Positions 27,884-37,856 of a stretch of 64,000 bases of DNA are shown here, piece after piece. Source of the stretch: Bdellovibrionales bacterium (GTDB taxonomy: Bacteria; Bdellovibrionota; Bdellovibrionia; Bdellovibrionales; UBA1609); NCBI GenBank assembly GCA_965197855.1, contig OZ240230.1, positions 960,153 through 1,024,152 of the forward strand, given 5' to 3'. Position 1 is the first letter of the stretch; each line of letters begins with the position of its first letter. Made by a program: the position numbers and the translations under genes. The notes under the pieces were generated by a model. The model was not told where the DNA came from, did no database searches, and was given only the letters and a program-made list of their open reading frames with translations.

Positions 27884-29338
27884 TTATTGAATTTCAAAAT
27901 TTCTAGATTCGCTCGCTTTTTTTAGCCAGTACTTTGCTGTTTCGTCATCTATCTCCGTGGTTTCAATCCCATTATGATAAAAGACACCTACAATAGCTTG
28001 AGCCTGTGGATCTCCTTGTTGTGCCGCTTTTTCATACCAATCAAGTGCTTCTTTGTAATTTTGTTCAACTCCTTTACCACTGTAATACATTCTACCTAAG
28101 TATCGCTGAGCTTCAATATGCCCTTGTTTTGCCGCTTTTTCGAACAAATCCAAGGCTTCTTTATAGTTCTGTGTAATGTAATTAATTAAAGCTAGAGTAA
28201 ATTGAGCCTGTGGATATCCTTTTTCTGTAGCTTTCTCAAGATAATTTAGTGCTGTTTTGATATCTTGAACCACACCTTTACCAGCATAATACATAATACC
28301 AAGAACATAAAGAGCTTGAGCATATCCTTGTTTTGCGGCTTTTTTATACCAATGAATTCCTGTTTGCAGGTCACTATGAGTCTTGTAATGAATAGATCCA
28401 AGAGTTAGTTGAGCTTCAGGGTGCCCTCCTTGTGCCGCTGTTTCCAGCCATCTAAGGCCTTGCATTTTATTTTGTGTAATGACTGTTTCAACATATTTAC
28501 CCTTATAATAAGCGGTTCCAAGTTGATGTTGGGCATAAATATGACCTTGCTGTGCCGCTTGTTGAAGCCAATGCAAACCAGAAGTGACTTCACCTGCCAG
28601 CAACAATCTATGTCCAGCCATATATTGTGCATGAGGGTGTCCTTGCTCTGCACGTTTTATTATTTTTTGTATCTCTTCTTGTACAGATTTTTCATGATTG
28701 CTGTGTGGCTTCGTATTTACATTGTTAAGGATATTTTGGATATGCCTTAATTGTACTGTATAAACAAATCCATCGTTTACAGTGGTTACCACTCCAACTA
28801 TTTGGCCTTGTTTGTTAAATGCAGGACTGCCGCTTGTTCCATCGAGAGAGGAATAATAATTTAGAGGAATAGAATCGAAATATTTAAATTGCTTGATGTT
28901 CCCTGTGTTTGTCATCTCTGTAAATTCCCCTTCGGGGTATCCTGAGACAAATAAAGGCTCGCCTATTTTCGGAAGACGATTTCCAAGAGTTAAGTATGAA
29001 TCGACAGATGGACCCACTTCTAAAACAGCTAAATCATTTTCAGCATCTAAGGCTAAGGTTCGTTTTATTTGTATTGGATTAGCTTTGTCTATTTGTGGTT
29101 GTGATAGAGTGATATCTTCCATACTTCTAGCATTTTCTATAACATGAAAATTAGTGATAACTTGTTGAGGATTTATAACAAAACCAGTACCAATTGTTTT
29201 TTGTATTCCAGGTGTAGAGGGTGTAAAACTAAGTTGACAAATTGCAGATCTGATTCGTTTTTGAGTTGGAGGCTCTGCTTTTCCAAAAGCAGGGATACTA
29301 AATAAAATAAAAAGCAATATGATTTCTTTTATATTCAT
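27884..29338 (-). CDS. secreted trypsin-like serine protease fused to Sel1 repeats
   Basis: Signal peptide; His (ITNFHV), Asp (NDLAVLEV), Ser (DGTSGSPAF); then about 6 Sel1 units (e.g. AAQQGHIYAQHQLGTAYYKGKYV). Confidence 0.8.
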   Translation of the reverse strand: MNIKEIILLFILFSIPAFGKAEPPTQKRIRSAICQLSFTPSTPGIQKTIGTGFVINPQQVITNFHVIENARSMEDITLSQPQIDKANPIQIKRTLALDAENDLAVLEVGPSVDSYLTLGNRLPKIGEPLFVSGYPEGEFTEMTNTGNIKQFKYFDSIPLNYYSSLDGTSGSPAFNKQGQIVGVVTTVNDGFVYTVQLRHIQNILNNVNTKPHSNHEKSVQEEIQKIIKRAEQGHPHAQYMAGHRLLLAGEVTSGLHWLQQAAQQGHIYAQHQLGTAYYKGKYVETVITQNKMQGLRWLETAAQGGHPEAQLTLGSIHYKTHSDLQTGIHWYKKAAKQGYAQALYVLGIMYYAGKGVVQDIKTALNYLEKATEKGYPQAQFTLALINYITQNYKEALDLFEKAAKQGHIEAQRYLGRMYYSGKGVEQNYKEALDWYEKAAQQGDPQAQAIVGVFYHNGIETTEIDDETAKYWLKKASESRNFEIQ

Positions 29339-29503
29339 AAGATTCCTTTAAATATGAATATTTATGGATGATCTTGCTTATCATATATAAACTCAGAAGA
29401 AAAAGAATTAATTAGATGATGTAAGAGATAATGTAAAGTTTACATTCCTCTATACTTATTGAATGTAAATCTTCAATTGAAAATAGATATTTTGTGAAAT
29501 GAA

Positions 29504-30022
29504 TTAATTGGCATCAGGAGAAGAGTCGTAAGGAGGAGGAGTCTTTTTATCTTTCTTTGTAGATTCAATAAACTGCAGACTGGCAAAGGGTGATTCCCCA
29601 AATTGAAATTTGGTTTTCTTTTCAGGTTTTTTATTTTCTATAAGAGTTAATAGTTTTTTTTCAGGGGTTTTAACGGATTCTGATTTTTTCTCAACCAGGG
29701 AAATAGACTTTTTCTTAGAGGTTGAGGTCGGCTTTTTATTAACTTCGATTTCAAAGCCAAGAATTAATTTTTCCATTTTAAAAATGCAAAAACGAGCTTC
29801 ACTAACGATTTTTTCCAATTCTCTATTTTTCTTATCTAACAGGTCGATTCCTTTTCTGAGTTGATGGTCTGTTTTCTGTGAAAAATCTTCCAGAAGAGTC
29901 ATCTTTTTTTGAAGAATTTTAAGGCCCATACTGAGACGTGCATCTTTTCTTAGAAATTGATTCCAAATAATGTAAAAGATAAAACAAAAAGAAAGGATAA
30001 AAAATCCTGTTATAAACAACAC
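29504..30022 (-). CDS. hypothetical membrane-anchored coiled-coil protein
   Basis: 172 aa; N-terminal TM helix, Lys-rich C-terminal half. Confidence 0.45.
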   Translation of the reverse strand: MLFITGFFILSFCFIFYIIWNQFLRKDARLSMGLKILQKKMTLLEDFSQKTDHQLRKGIDLLDKKNRELEKIVSEARFCIFKMEKLILGFEIEVNKKPTSTSKKKSISLVEKKSESVKTPEKKLLTLIENKKPEKKTKFQFGESPFASLQFIESTKKDKKTPPPYDSSPDAN

Positions 30023-30094
30023 GACTCCACCTCAAAGTTATTTTAAATTAAGACCTTTAGTGGTGCAATAAGCCTAAAGTCGGAAATACTAAAG

Positions 30095-31297
30095 CTATTT
30101 TGTTTGAGATATAAAGTTTTTTATTCTGTTGGCACATTTTTCAATCTCTTTGTCTGAAACTGCAAAGTAAAGACGAATATATCCAGCTCTTCCAAATTCT
30201 TCTCCCGGAACGGAAAATAGAGATAAATATTTGGATAATAAATGACAAATATCCATAGAGGATTGAATAGAGTGGTTTTTAAATTTTCTACCAAAAAGAC
30301 TTTCTACATTTGGCCATAAATAAAAAGCCCCTTGGGGTTCCTGGAACTTTACTTCTTTAATAGAGCCTAAAGCCTGACAGATTTTTTGTCTTTTTTCTTT
30401 AATCAATTGATGAACTTTTTGCACATCTGCTTCTGCATCTTCGAAAGCCGGAATCATTGCCATTTGGGATATAGTGGGGGCTGAGCTGACCGTTTGACTT
30501 TGAAAAGCGCTCATAGCCTGAATGATGGGTGTGGGAGCTACTGCCCAGCCTAGTCTCCATCCGTGCATGGCATAATTTTTTGAAGCCGCATTGATACAAA
30601 CCACTCGGTCTTTTAATTCAGGGCAGGCTTCCAGTATATGTGGGGCAAATGAATCTGCGGGGCTATCGAGGACCATACGATTATAGATATCATCGGATAA
30701 AACAAACAATCTCGGATGTTTTTTTATAATTTCTCCAAGAGATTTGAGTTCATCCAGAGAATAAAGAGTGCTTGAAGGGTTATTGGGGGAGTTCAAAATC
30801 AATATTTTTGATTTTTCACTGAGATGTTTTTTTAAGATATCAGCTGTTAGTTTTTGAGTAGCCAAATCTGTTTCCACTATCACAGTTTGAGCTCCAATAA
30901 GATCTACCATACTGGGGTAGCTCACCCAATAAGGGGCAGGGATGAGAACTTCATCTGTTGGATCCACTAAAGTTTGCAAGGCTGAAAAAAGACAAAATTT
31001 TGCTCCAATAGAAACAGTGACATTTTTAAAATCATAATCTAAGTTAAGATGTTGATTAATATTTTTTGCAATAGCTTTTCTGAGATTTACCTGTCCTGTT
31101 GCGGGTGAATATTGAGAGCACCCCTTTTGAATAGATTTTATCGCTTCTTGTTGTATGGGGGGGAAGCACTCCCAAGCAGGTTCTCCCATAGATAAGTTTA
31201 AAACATCTTTTCCCTGAGCTATTTGTTCTTTTGCTTGGGCAGATAGGGTTTGGACTGCTGAAGGTTTAAGGGCTTGTATTTTTTTAGAAAGTATCAT
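30095..31297 (-). CDS. class I/II pyridoxal-phosphate aminotransferase (aspartate aminotransferase-like)
   Basis: 400 aa; PLP-lysine region SKNYAMHGWRLGW. Confidence 0.88.
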   Translation of the reverse strand: MILSKKIQALKPSAVQTLSAQAKEQIAQGKDVLNLSMGEPAWECFPPIQQEAIKSIQKGCSQYSPATGQVNLRKAIAKNINQHLNLDYDFKNVTVSIGAKFCLFSALQTLVDPTDEVLIPAPYWVSYPSMVDLIGAQTVIVETDLATQKLTADILKKHLSEKSKILILNSPNNPSSTLYSLDELKSLGEIIKKHPRLFVLSDDIYNRMVLDSPADSFAPHILEACPELKDRVVCINAASKNYAMHGWRLGWAVAPTPIIQAMSAFQSQTVSSAPTISQMAMIPAFEDAEADVQKVHQLIKEKRQKICQALGSIKEVKFQEPQGAFYLWPNVESLFGRKFKNHSIQSSMDICHLLSKYLSLFSVPGEEFGRAGYIRLYFAVSDKEIEKCANRIKNFISQTK

Positions 31298-31785
31298 TTG
31301 ACACTCCTTTGTTTTAAAAAAGCTTGGTGAACATTAGGAGGAACCATGTGAGAAACATCTCCTCCACTCATGGCAATTTCTTTTACAAATTGTGAGGAGT
31401 AGTGAGCATATTTAGAGCGAGAAAGAGCAATAAAAGTTTCACTTTCCGGAAACAATTCTTTGTTAACATTGGATAAATTCATTTCAAATTCCAAATTGGA
31501 TGTATTTCGAATGCCACGAATAAAAACACGAATATTGTTTTTTTTAGCATAATCTGTCAATAGTCCATTACAAACATCCACTTTAACAGACTTAAAATCT
31601 TTTAAAGCTTCTGTAGCTAAAGCACATCTTTCTTCACTGGAAAAATAATAAATTTTCCAAGGTGAAGTGGCTATGACAACAATTAAGGGGTTAAAAATAG
31701 AAGATGCACGCTGGATGAGATCTATATGCCCCAATGTGATAGGGTCAAAACTGCCGGCGTATAAAGCGATCACAAAAGTCCTCAA
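31294..31785 (-). CDS. coaD: phosphopantetheine adenylyltransferase
   Basis: YAGSFDPITLGHIDLIQRA nucleotidyltransferase motif; 163 aa. Confidence 0.9.
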   Translation of the reverse strand: MRTFVIALYAGSFDPITLGHIDLIQRASSIFNPLIVVIATSPWKIYYFSSEERCALATEALKDFKSVKVDVCNGLLTDYAKKNNIRVFIRGIRNTSNLEFEMNLSNVNKELFPESETFIALSRSKYAHYSSQFVKEIAMSGGDVSHMVPPNVHQAFLKQRSVK

Positions 31786-32342
31786 TTGTTAATATGGAAA
31801 AAATAAACTACCTTATCTCCAAAACTTTTTTTCAACCATAGAGAAACTTCATTTTCCGGAAATAACTCCTTGGAGGAAAGCTCAAGAATAATCAAACTCT
31901 CTTTATCACAAGCTGAGCTTAAGCTTAAGGGTTTTATTAAAGATTCCCCTAGTCTTTCTGGAAAAGGAGGGTCTGCAAAAATGATATTAAAAGGACTTTC
32001 TTTGTATTTTTTCAGGAAATAAAAAACGTCTTGTCTATATAGTTTCAACTGGTCTGCAGGAATCTTTAACTTTTGTTGGTTTTTTTTAATTAAACTCCAG
32101 CAAAGCTTGTTTTTTTCTACCGCACAACAAGCTATAGCTCCTCTCGACAGAGATTCAAAAGAAAGGTTGCCGGAACCTGAAAACAAATCCAGTATTCTGG
32201 AATCTGGCAGTTCAGATTGAATAGTATCGAATACACTCTTTTTTACTCTTTGTGTCATAGGTCTTAAAGGAAGAGTTTTGGAAAAGGTGTGAAGACTTTG
32301 CCCTTTAAATTTACCGGCAATAATTTTTAAAGGAATTTTCAC
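31782..32342 (-). CDS. rsmD: 16S rRNA (guanine966-N2)-methyltransferase
   Basis: DLFSGSGNLSFESLSRGA SAM motif and ADPPF motif; precedes coaD as in many bacteria. Confidence 0.85.
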   Translation of the reverse strand: MKIPLKIIAGKFKGQSLHTFSKTLPLRPMTQRVKKSVFDTIQSELPDSRILDLFSGSGNLSFESLSRGAIACCAVEKNKLCWSLIKKNQQKLKIPADQLKLYRQDVFYFLKKYKESPFNIIFADPPFPERLGESLIKPLSLSSACDKESLIILELSSKELFPENEVSLWLKKSFGDKVVYFFHINN

Positions 32343-32710
32343 TACAAACTCAATTCACTATCAGGATGAGGTTTTAAATCCTGTATGACTTGATCAAAAG
32401 TTTGAAAGATGTTTTCAAAAGGTTTGATCAGAAATAAATTTGCTTTTCTATTTTTAGCTTCTTCTTTGTACTGTGCATAGGCCGACATCATCACAATTTG
32501 GGTGGGATGAGGTTGTTGTTCCATCAGTTTAAAACCATTGTGATCTGGGAGTATGAGATCTAAAAAAACAATATCCGGCTGACAAAATTTCCAAAGGTTC
32601 AAACCCTCTTGGCCCGTGGAGGCTGTCCAGGTTTGATGGCCTCTTAATTCAGAAATATATTTTAGAGACTGTCTAATTAAAGTTTCATCATCAATAATTA
32701 AAATTTTCAT
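32342..32710 (-). CDS. single-domain response regulator (receiver only)
   Basis: 122 aa; DD pair, phospho-acceptor in FLDLILPD, conserved K in LIKPF. Confidence 0.85.
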   Translation of the reverse strand: MKILIIDDETLIRQSLKYISELRGHQTWTASTGQEGLNLWKFCQPDIVFLDLILPDHNGFKLMEQQPHPTQIVMMSAYAQYKEEAKNRKANLFLIKPFENIFQTFDQVIQDLKPHPDSELSL

Positions 32711-34130
32711 TTTCTTTCCTTACTAAGGGCAGGGAAATAGTAAAACAAGAACCTTCCCCTGATTTGCTTTGAACTTGTAATTGTCCTCCAAATTTTTTAA
32801 TCACTTGATAACTAATACGAAGCCCCAAACCTGTGCCATCTGATTTTGTTGTAAAAAATGGATCAAATATCTTGTCTTGTAAGTTTTGGGGAATACCGCA
32901 TCCATTATCTTGAACACTGAGTTGGACTTGATTTTTGGATTTATCAATGCAGGTTTGAATACACACTTGGCCTTTTTCACCCACAGCTTGTAGGGCATTT
33001 CGGACTAAATTAAATATCACTTGTTGTAACAGGCAGGGTTCTGCCTGCACAAGAATTTTTTGCTTGTCTAAATCAAGGAGAATTTTTTTTGTTTGAATCA
33101 TCGTTTTTAAAAAAGGAAGTGTTTGATGGACCACTTTATTCAAATCACAGGTGAGGTTTTTATTGGTTTGTCTTGAGAATTGTATAAAATTAGTAATAAT
33201 TTTTTGACAACGATGAGCGGCTCTTTCTATTTCCAAAAAATTATCTTTATTTCGAACCTCTTCAGATAAAATTTGTGCCATAGAGCGAATGCCTGTTAAG
33301 GGATTACTTAGCAAATGAGCCACATCATTAGCAAGTTTGCCCAAAGAAGACATTTTTTGATTTTGAGCTATTTGCTCTCTCAGCAAAAGGTAAGATGTGA
33401 CATTAGTAAAATGTTCAATGATGTAAGTTTGATCATTATTTACAATAGGATAGCTTTGTTTTTCATATTGTTTTTCTTCATCTTGAAAATGCTCTTTTAA
33501 AAATAAAGAAGGGTTTTTCTTATATATTCTTTGGAAATGGGTGTTGGAGCGTATAGGCTCTTTACTCTTATTAAGTATAGCGAGCGGCTCTTCAAGGCCG
33601 TCAAAAGTTTGTTGCCAGAGATCTGAGCCGGACTTCCAATGTTCCTCCAGCAGTACTTTTGAAAAGGCTGACTTTAAAATCTCCTGTTTTTCTTTGCTAA
33701 AAAAGTTTTCTATAGTTTCTGTTTTACAAAAATATTCAATAAATAACACAGGAGGATGATCTTCCAGTTCATAAGAAGAATCTAAAGGTATAGCAAAGAT
33801 ATTATAAAAAGGCCGTCCCAGTTCGTTAGCGAGATAAAGACTTTCTTGTTTAGAGAAAGTGCCGGCTGTTGTTACTTTAGGCCAAAAGCTTTTTGCAGTT
33901 CTTTCAAAAAGACGTTTGCCCTTTAAACAGTATTGTCTGGGGCCAAAATAAGCGGAATGAAAACATAGCACCATTTCTCCAATTTTTTTTTTAATAGGGG
34001 AGACGTTAGATCCAATAAGTTGAATCCATTCTTCTACAGTACCAGCTAAAAAAAACTTATGAACAAGACGCACCAGTTTTCGTTCGTAAGCAATATCCAT
34101 GGTGGGTTGAATAAGCCACCTCCTTATCAA
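32691..34130 (-). CDS. sensor histidine kinase (cytoplasmic)
   Basis: H-box DVAHLLSNPL; N, G1 (DNGCGI) and G2 (GTGLGL) boxes. Confidence 0.85.
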   Translation of the reverse strand: MIRRWLIQPTMDIAYERKLVRLVHKFFLAGTVEEWIQLIGSNVSPIKKKIGEMVLCFHSAYFGPRQYCLKGKRLFERTAKSFWPKVTTAGTFSKQESLYLANELGRPFYNIFAIPLDSSYELEDHPPVLFIEYFCKTETIENFFSKEKQEILKSAFSKVLLEEHWKSGSDLWQQTFDGLEEPLAILNKSKEPIRSNTHFQRIYKKNPSLFLKEHFQDEEKQYEKQSYPIVNNDQTYIIEHFTNVTSYLLLREQIAQNQKMSSLGKLANDVAHLLSNPLTGIRSMAQILSEEVRNKDNFLEIERAAHRCQKIITNFIQFSRQTNKNLTCDLNKVVHQTLPFLKTMIQTKKILLDLDKQKILVQAEPCLLQQVIFNLVRNALQAVGEKGQVCIQTCIDKSKNQVQLSVQDNGCGIPQNLQDKIFDPFFTTKSDGTGLGLRISYQVIKKFGGQLQVQSKSGEGSCFTISLPLVRKENENFNY

Positions 34131-34160
34131 TAATTATACAAGGCTTTAATAGAAAGTGGA

Positions 34161-34814
34161 CTAAATGCGAAAAGAAAAAATTTGTTTGGAACCTGAAATC
34201 CACTGAAAAGATGAAGACCATCTCACTTTTAATCTAAGAGCGGATTCATTTTCTGGATTAAGGTCTAAGGCTTGCTGTAAATTGACATGAGCCAATTCAA
34301 GATCACCTAACTCCGCTCGAACTTCTGCGAGTCCAGCCCAGGCTTCGTCATTATTGATATCTTTTTCCAACACGTCTTGAAATTTTTCTTTAGCTAAAGA
34401 ATATTTTTTTTGTTCTTTCAGAAGTAGCCCCAATCCTAACTGAATTTCCACATCAAATGTCCTGTTATTTAGGGAGAGAGCTTTATTGAAATTTTCAGAG
34501 GCAGAGTCTGTATCTCCCATATAGTAACAGCAAAATCCCATGGTTTTAAAAGCATCTGTTCCCCATTCTGTTTGCAGGCAGGCGCGTGGTAATACTTTTT
34601 CAACACATTCTCTGGTTTCTTTATATCGTTTTTGTCCCAGCAGGGATTTACTAAGGTATACCCAAAAAATGTCACCACAATCCAATAATTGTGAAAAAAT
34701 TTGCTCCGCTTTAGGGTATTGTTTATGTTGAAGGTGGAGTTTTCCTTGTTTTTCAAGAGAGAAAATATCTAATCTCGTTCTCCATGAGTGCATTGTAACG
34801 GATCTCCTTATCAT
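34161..34814 (-). CDS. TPR-repeat protein
   Basis: 217 aa with TPR-like repeats (AWAGLAEVRAELGDLELAHVNLQQALDLNPEN). Confidence 0.6.
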   Translation of the reverse strand: MIRRSVTMHSWRTRLDIFSLEKQGKLHLQHKQYPKAEQIFSQLLDCGDIFWVYLSKSLLGQKRYKETRECVEKVLPRACLQTEWGTDAFKTMGFCCYYMGDTDSASENFNKALSLNNRTFDVEIQLGLGLLLKEQKKYSLAKEKFQDVLEKDINNDEAWAGLAEVRAELGDLELAHVNLQQALDLNPENESALRLKVRWSSSFQWISGSKQIFSFRI

Positions 34815-34867
34815 GCATCTTTTCGGTCATAATAGAATAAATGATAAGAGTATAAAGTCTAGTTTTT

Positions 34868-35299
34868 TTAAGCTATTTTTTCTTCTTTGTGTAAAGAAAT
34901 TGAGGTGTTCAAGGTGTCATGAATTTGCATGTCTTGATTTAAAATGGTGTGTATAAATTGTTTTTTGTTTTTTAAGAGGTTAATCACTTTTCTTTTTGAG
35001 TTTTCACTCACATCATCAAATTGCTCTAATTTATATTGGCTGAGTTTTTTATCTATTTTATCCATAGCGTTAAGTAGAATCTCTCTATCATAATAAAAAG
35101 ATTCAAGATTGCTGAAATCACCTGTTTTTATTCTATTAAGTTCTTCACCATTGATGGATTCAAAAAGTTCCAGATAAAAGTTTTTCTTCTTTAGCATGTC
35201 AATCATGTATTGTATTTGTGTGCTTTCCATTTTTCCATTATGACATATTTTTTCCAAAAGTAACCCGTCAATAATATGGCTTGTCCAAAGATGAGACAT
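34868..35299 (-). CDS. hypothetical helical protein (possibly FlgN-like chaperone)
   Basis: 143-aa all-helical ORF; the FlgN resemblance is only a general pattern. Confidence 0.35.
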   Translation of the reverse strand: MSHLWTSHIIDGLLLEKICHNGKMESTQIQYMIDMLKKKNFYLELFESINGEELNRIKTGDFSNLESFYYDREILLNAMDKIDKKLSQYKLEQFDDVSENSKRKVINLLKNKKQFIHTILNQDMQIHDTLNTSISLHKEEKIA

Positions 35300-35396
35300 A
35301 AAAAAAATCTTTGTTTATTAAAAGGTTAGAATGATGTAAAATATTTGACGTTGTGTCGGAATAATGTTTTTTCTTATTTTTACACTATAGTCTTGC

Positions 35397-36221
35397 TTAA
35401 GATTGGTTTTGTCGAAGACGGATGATTCTTAAAATATCTGCGGCTGTTTCTTCCAAGGCTCGGTCGGTCACATTCACAACAGGCCATCTGTATTTTTCAA
35501 AACATCCTCGAGCTTGTTCCAGTTCATGATAGACATAGAGCTTGTCTGCGTAGTCACCGCTTTTGCTATGCACTCCAATTTTTTGCAGTCGATTCTTTCT
35601 GATTTTAAGTAGAACGTCTCCATCAATGGTTAAAGCAATAATTTTTTTCGAATCCACCTTAAAAATTTCTGTGGGCAATTTAATATCTTTAACAAATGGG
35701 ATATTAGCCACTTTGTAGCCTTTATAACTTAAGAAAATGGAGAGGGGGGTTTTGCTGGTTCGGCTGACTCCAATGAGAACAATGTCTGCAGACTGCAGAT
35801 TGTGTAAAGTGGAGCCATCATCATATTTTAAGGAAAACTCGATAGCTTCAATTCTTTTAAAATAGTCTTCATCCACTTGGTGGAGAATACCGGCTTTTCT
35901 TTCAGGTCTGCTGACCAAATGTTTATTAAAGCTTTGAATGAGGGGGCCCAGCAAGTCAATGCAGGGTAGTTTTTTTTGATCTGCTATTTGTTGGATAGCT
36001 GTTCGAAGAGGGTTTAAGACCATTGTGTAGGCAATGATGGTTTGATGGGGATGTGCTTGATCTAATATGGAGGAAATTTGTTTTTCTGTTCGAACATTGG
36101 GATAGCGTATGGTTTCTACATTTTCATCTTCGTATTGCACAAGTGTAGCTCGAACAATAGAAGTGGCTGTTTCTCCAGTGCCATCTGATAATATAAGAAT
36201 TTTCACTGGTTTTCTATTCAT
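35397..36221 (-). CDS. ppsR: PEP synthase / pyruvate,phosphate dikinase regulatory protein (DUF299 kinase-phosphotransferase)
   Basis: 274 aa; P-loop-like GVSRTSKTPLSIFLSYKGYKVANIPFV characteristic of the PpsR/PDRP family. Confidence 0.85.
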   Translation of the reverse strand: MNRKPVKILILSDGTGETATSIVRATLVQYEDENVETIRYPNVRTEKQISSILDQAHPHQTIIAYTMVLNPLRTAIQQIADQKKLPCIDLLGPLIQSFNKHLVSRPERKAGILHQVDEDYFKRIEAIEFSLKYDDGSTLHNLQSADIVLIGVSRTSKTPLSIFLSYKGYKVANIPFVKDIKLPTEIFKVDSKKIIALTIDGDVLLKIRKNRLQKIGVHSKSGDYADKLYVYHELEQARGCFEKYRWPVVNVTDRALEETAADILRIIRLRQNQS

Positions 36222-36225
36222 TTAT

Positions 36226-36606
36226 TTAGACCGCTGGTTCTTGAATCACTTGGATCTTATAAGGTAAGGGTTCGAATGGGAAGTGTTTTATTAAATCTTC
36301 TTTTTTGGAGGAGCTTGGTAAAAAAAGCTTTAAGGATGGGCAGTCTAATTTTTTCCAAAACTGATAAGCTGTTTGAATCCATTTCACAGGGTCTTTATGT
36401 TCAAAAGGTAGAAATAAAACTTGTTTGCAGGGTAAATGCAGAGAAGCTTCTGTGAGAATAGGTTTTGAAAGACTTTTTTGTTTTTTGTAAATACATTGAA
36501 GATGCCAGTCTATTTTTTTAGATAGCTTTGAGTGAATGGGGCTTTGGATAATCCATAATTGAGAACCTTTTGAAAAAGAGTTGGAGGCAGGCAGAAAGTG
36601 AAACAT
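36226..36606 (-). CDS. hypothetical protein
   Basis: 126-aa ORF abutting the nusB stop; no recognisable domain. Confidence 0.4.
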   Translation of the reverse strand: MFHFLPASNSFSKGSQLWIIQSPIHSKLSKKIDWHLQCIYKKQKSLSKPILTEASLHLPCKQVLFLPFEHKDPVKWIQTAYQFWKKLDCPSLKLFLPSSSKKEDLIKHFPFEPLPYKIQVIQEPAV

Positions 36607-36992
36607 TATTTTTGTCTTTCTGCTTCAGCCACAGAGTCTAAAATACCATTGATAAAACGAGGAGAATCTTCAGAGCCGTAAATTTTTGCAATTTCAATGG
36701 CTTCATTGATGAATATTTTTGGAGAATCTTTTTCAGAAGAAAATAATATTTCGTACACAGCCAGTCTTAATATATTTAAGTCGAGTAGAGCCATTCGACT
36801 TAGTTTCCAGTTTTGACTGTGTTGGCTGAGGACTTGATCAATTTGTTCTTTGTGTTTCATGATATCTGATACAGTGTTTATAATTTCAATAGATTGTGCT
36901 TTAGATTTTTTATCTTGAAATTCCATTTGATAAAGAGCTTCTAAAATTTGAATACGTTCGTTTCTTTTTTTTTGTTGAAGAGATTTTTCCAT
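36606..36992 (-). CDS. nusB: transcription antitermination factor NusB
   Basis: 128 aa; NusB pattern (R..A...[36 protein letters not shown]). Confidence 0.85.
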   Translation of the reverse strand: MEKSLQQKKRNERIQILEALYQMEFQDKKSKAQSIEIINTVSDIMKHKEQIDQVLSQHSQNWKLSRMALLDLNILRLAVYEILFSSEKDSPKIFINEAIEIAKIYGSEDSPRFINGILDSVAEAERQK

Positions 36993-37127
36993 ATTTACAA
37001 TCCTTTAAAAACCCTTTGGAATGTATTTTTTAATGCTTTATTTTGCAATATCTTTATCAATTAGATTGACAAATTTTGAATAAGGGTCAAATCTTAGATA
37101 TAAGAAAAAGTGTCAAGGAGGTGTCTT

Positions 37128-37544
37128 ATGGGGATCTCACTTTTTACTCTTGTTGAGCAGGGGATGGGTTATTTAATCGGAATTGTTGGCTTATCTGTTT
37201 TATTTCGCACTCAAATATGGATTCAGATTTTAGAGCAAGTTTGTTCTTGGAAGAAAAAGACATTGATGACTTTTACTTTGCTTTGTTCTTTTATGTACCT
37301 GCCTATTGGTGTTGCAATTGTTTTGATTCATAATGAATGGACCTGGAGTTCTTCGGTGATTGTCACTATTTTAGGTTGGGTTGTTTTATTAAAGATGCTC
37401 ATTTTTTTGTTCTGTCCGGAAAAAGTGGCATTTATTCAAGTGTTGATGAACAAAGGTGAGAAGTTTTTAAATTGGTTTTTTAAAATTGTAGGTGTGTTAT
37501 ACGTAGGCTTAGGCTTATGGGTACTCTGCCCTTACTGGGTTTAA
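37128..37544 (+). CDS. small polytopic membrane protein
   Basis: ATG 7 nt after AGGAGG; four hydrophobic helices. Confidence 0.5.
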   Translation: MGISLFTLVEQGMGYLIGIVGLSVLFRTQIWIQILEQVCSWKKKTLMTFTLLCSFMYLPIGVAIVLIHNEWTWSSSVIVTILGWVVLLKMLIFLFCPEKVAFIQVLMNKGEKFLNWFFKIVGVLYVGLGLWVLCPYWV

Positions 37545-37632
37545 TCTCAATATATGTTGTATAGGCTAACGATAATTTTTTTTGGATCAATTTCGGTGCC
37601 CTTAATAAGCAATCTTATAAAAAGTGTATTAG

Positions 37633-37740
37633 CATAGTAAAAGCATAAATAAACTTTTAGATGAATTAGAAAATAAAATAACAAAAGATCAAATTGCAGA
37701 AGCTCAGAAGCTGGCTGGTCAATTTAAAATTCAAAAATAA
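37633..37740 (+). pseudogene. 3' remnant of a Sel1-repeat protein gene
   Basis: Start-less frame reads ..LLDELENKITKDQIAEAQKLAGQFKIQK stop, the typical C-terminal tail of Sel1-repeat proteins. Confidence 0.45.
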
Positions 37741-37856
37741 TATAATGGGGAGATCTTTTTAGGACTGTTGCTCTAAGACTCTTCAGCTATTTTATTGACA
37801 GGACTATTGTCGTTGTATAGACTAGGGTTTTTCTATCATAATCATGTGGGGTTCTT

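Noticed and set aside
28409-28750. Antisense ORFs inside well-supported genes (28409-28750, 6194-6505, 7951-8295, 25060-25332, 53310-53555 and similar)
   Set aside because: They overlap strongly supported CDS on the opposite strand and show no domain-like sequence. These are typical AT-rich shadow ORFs.
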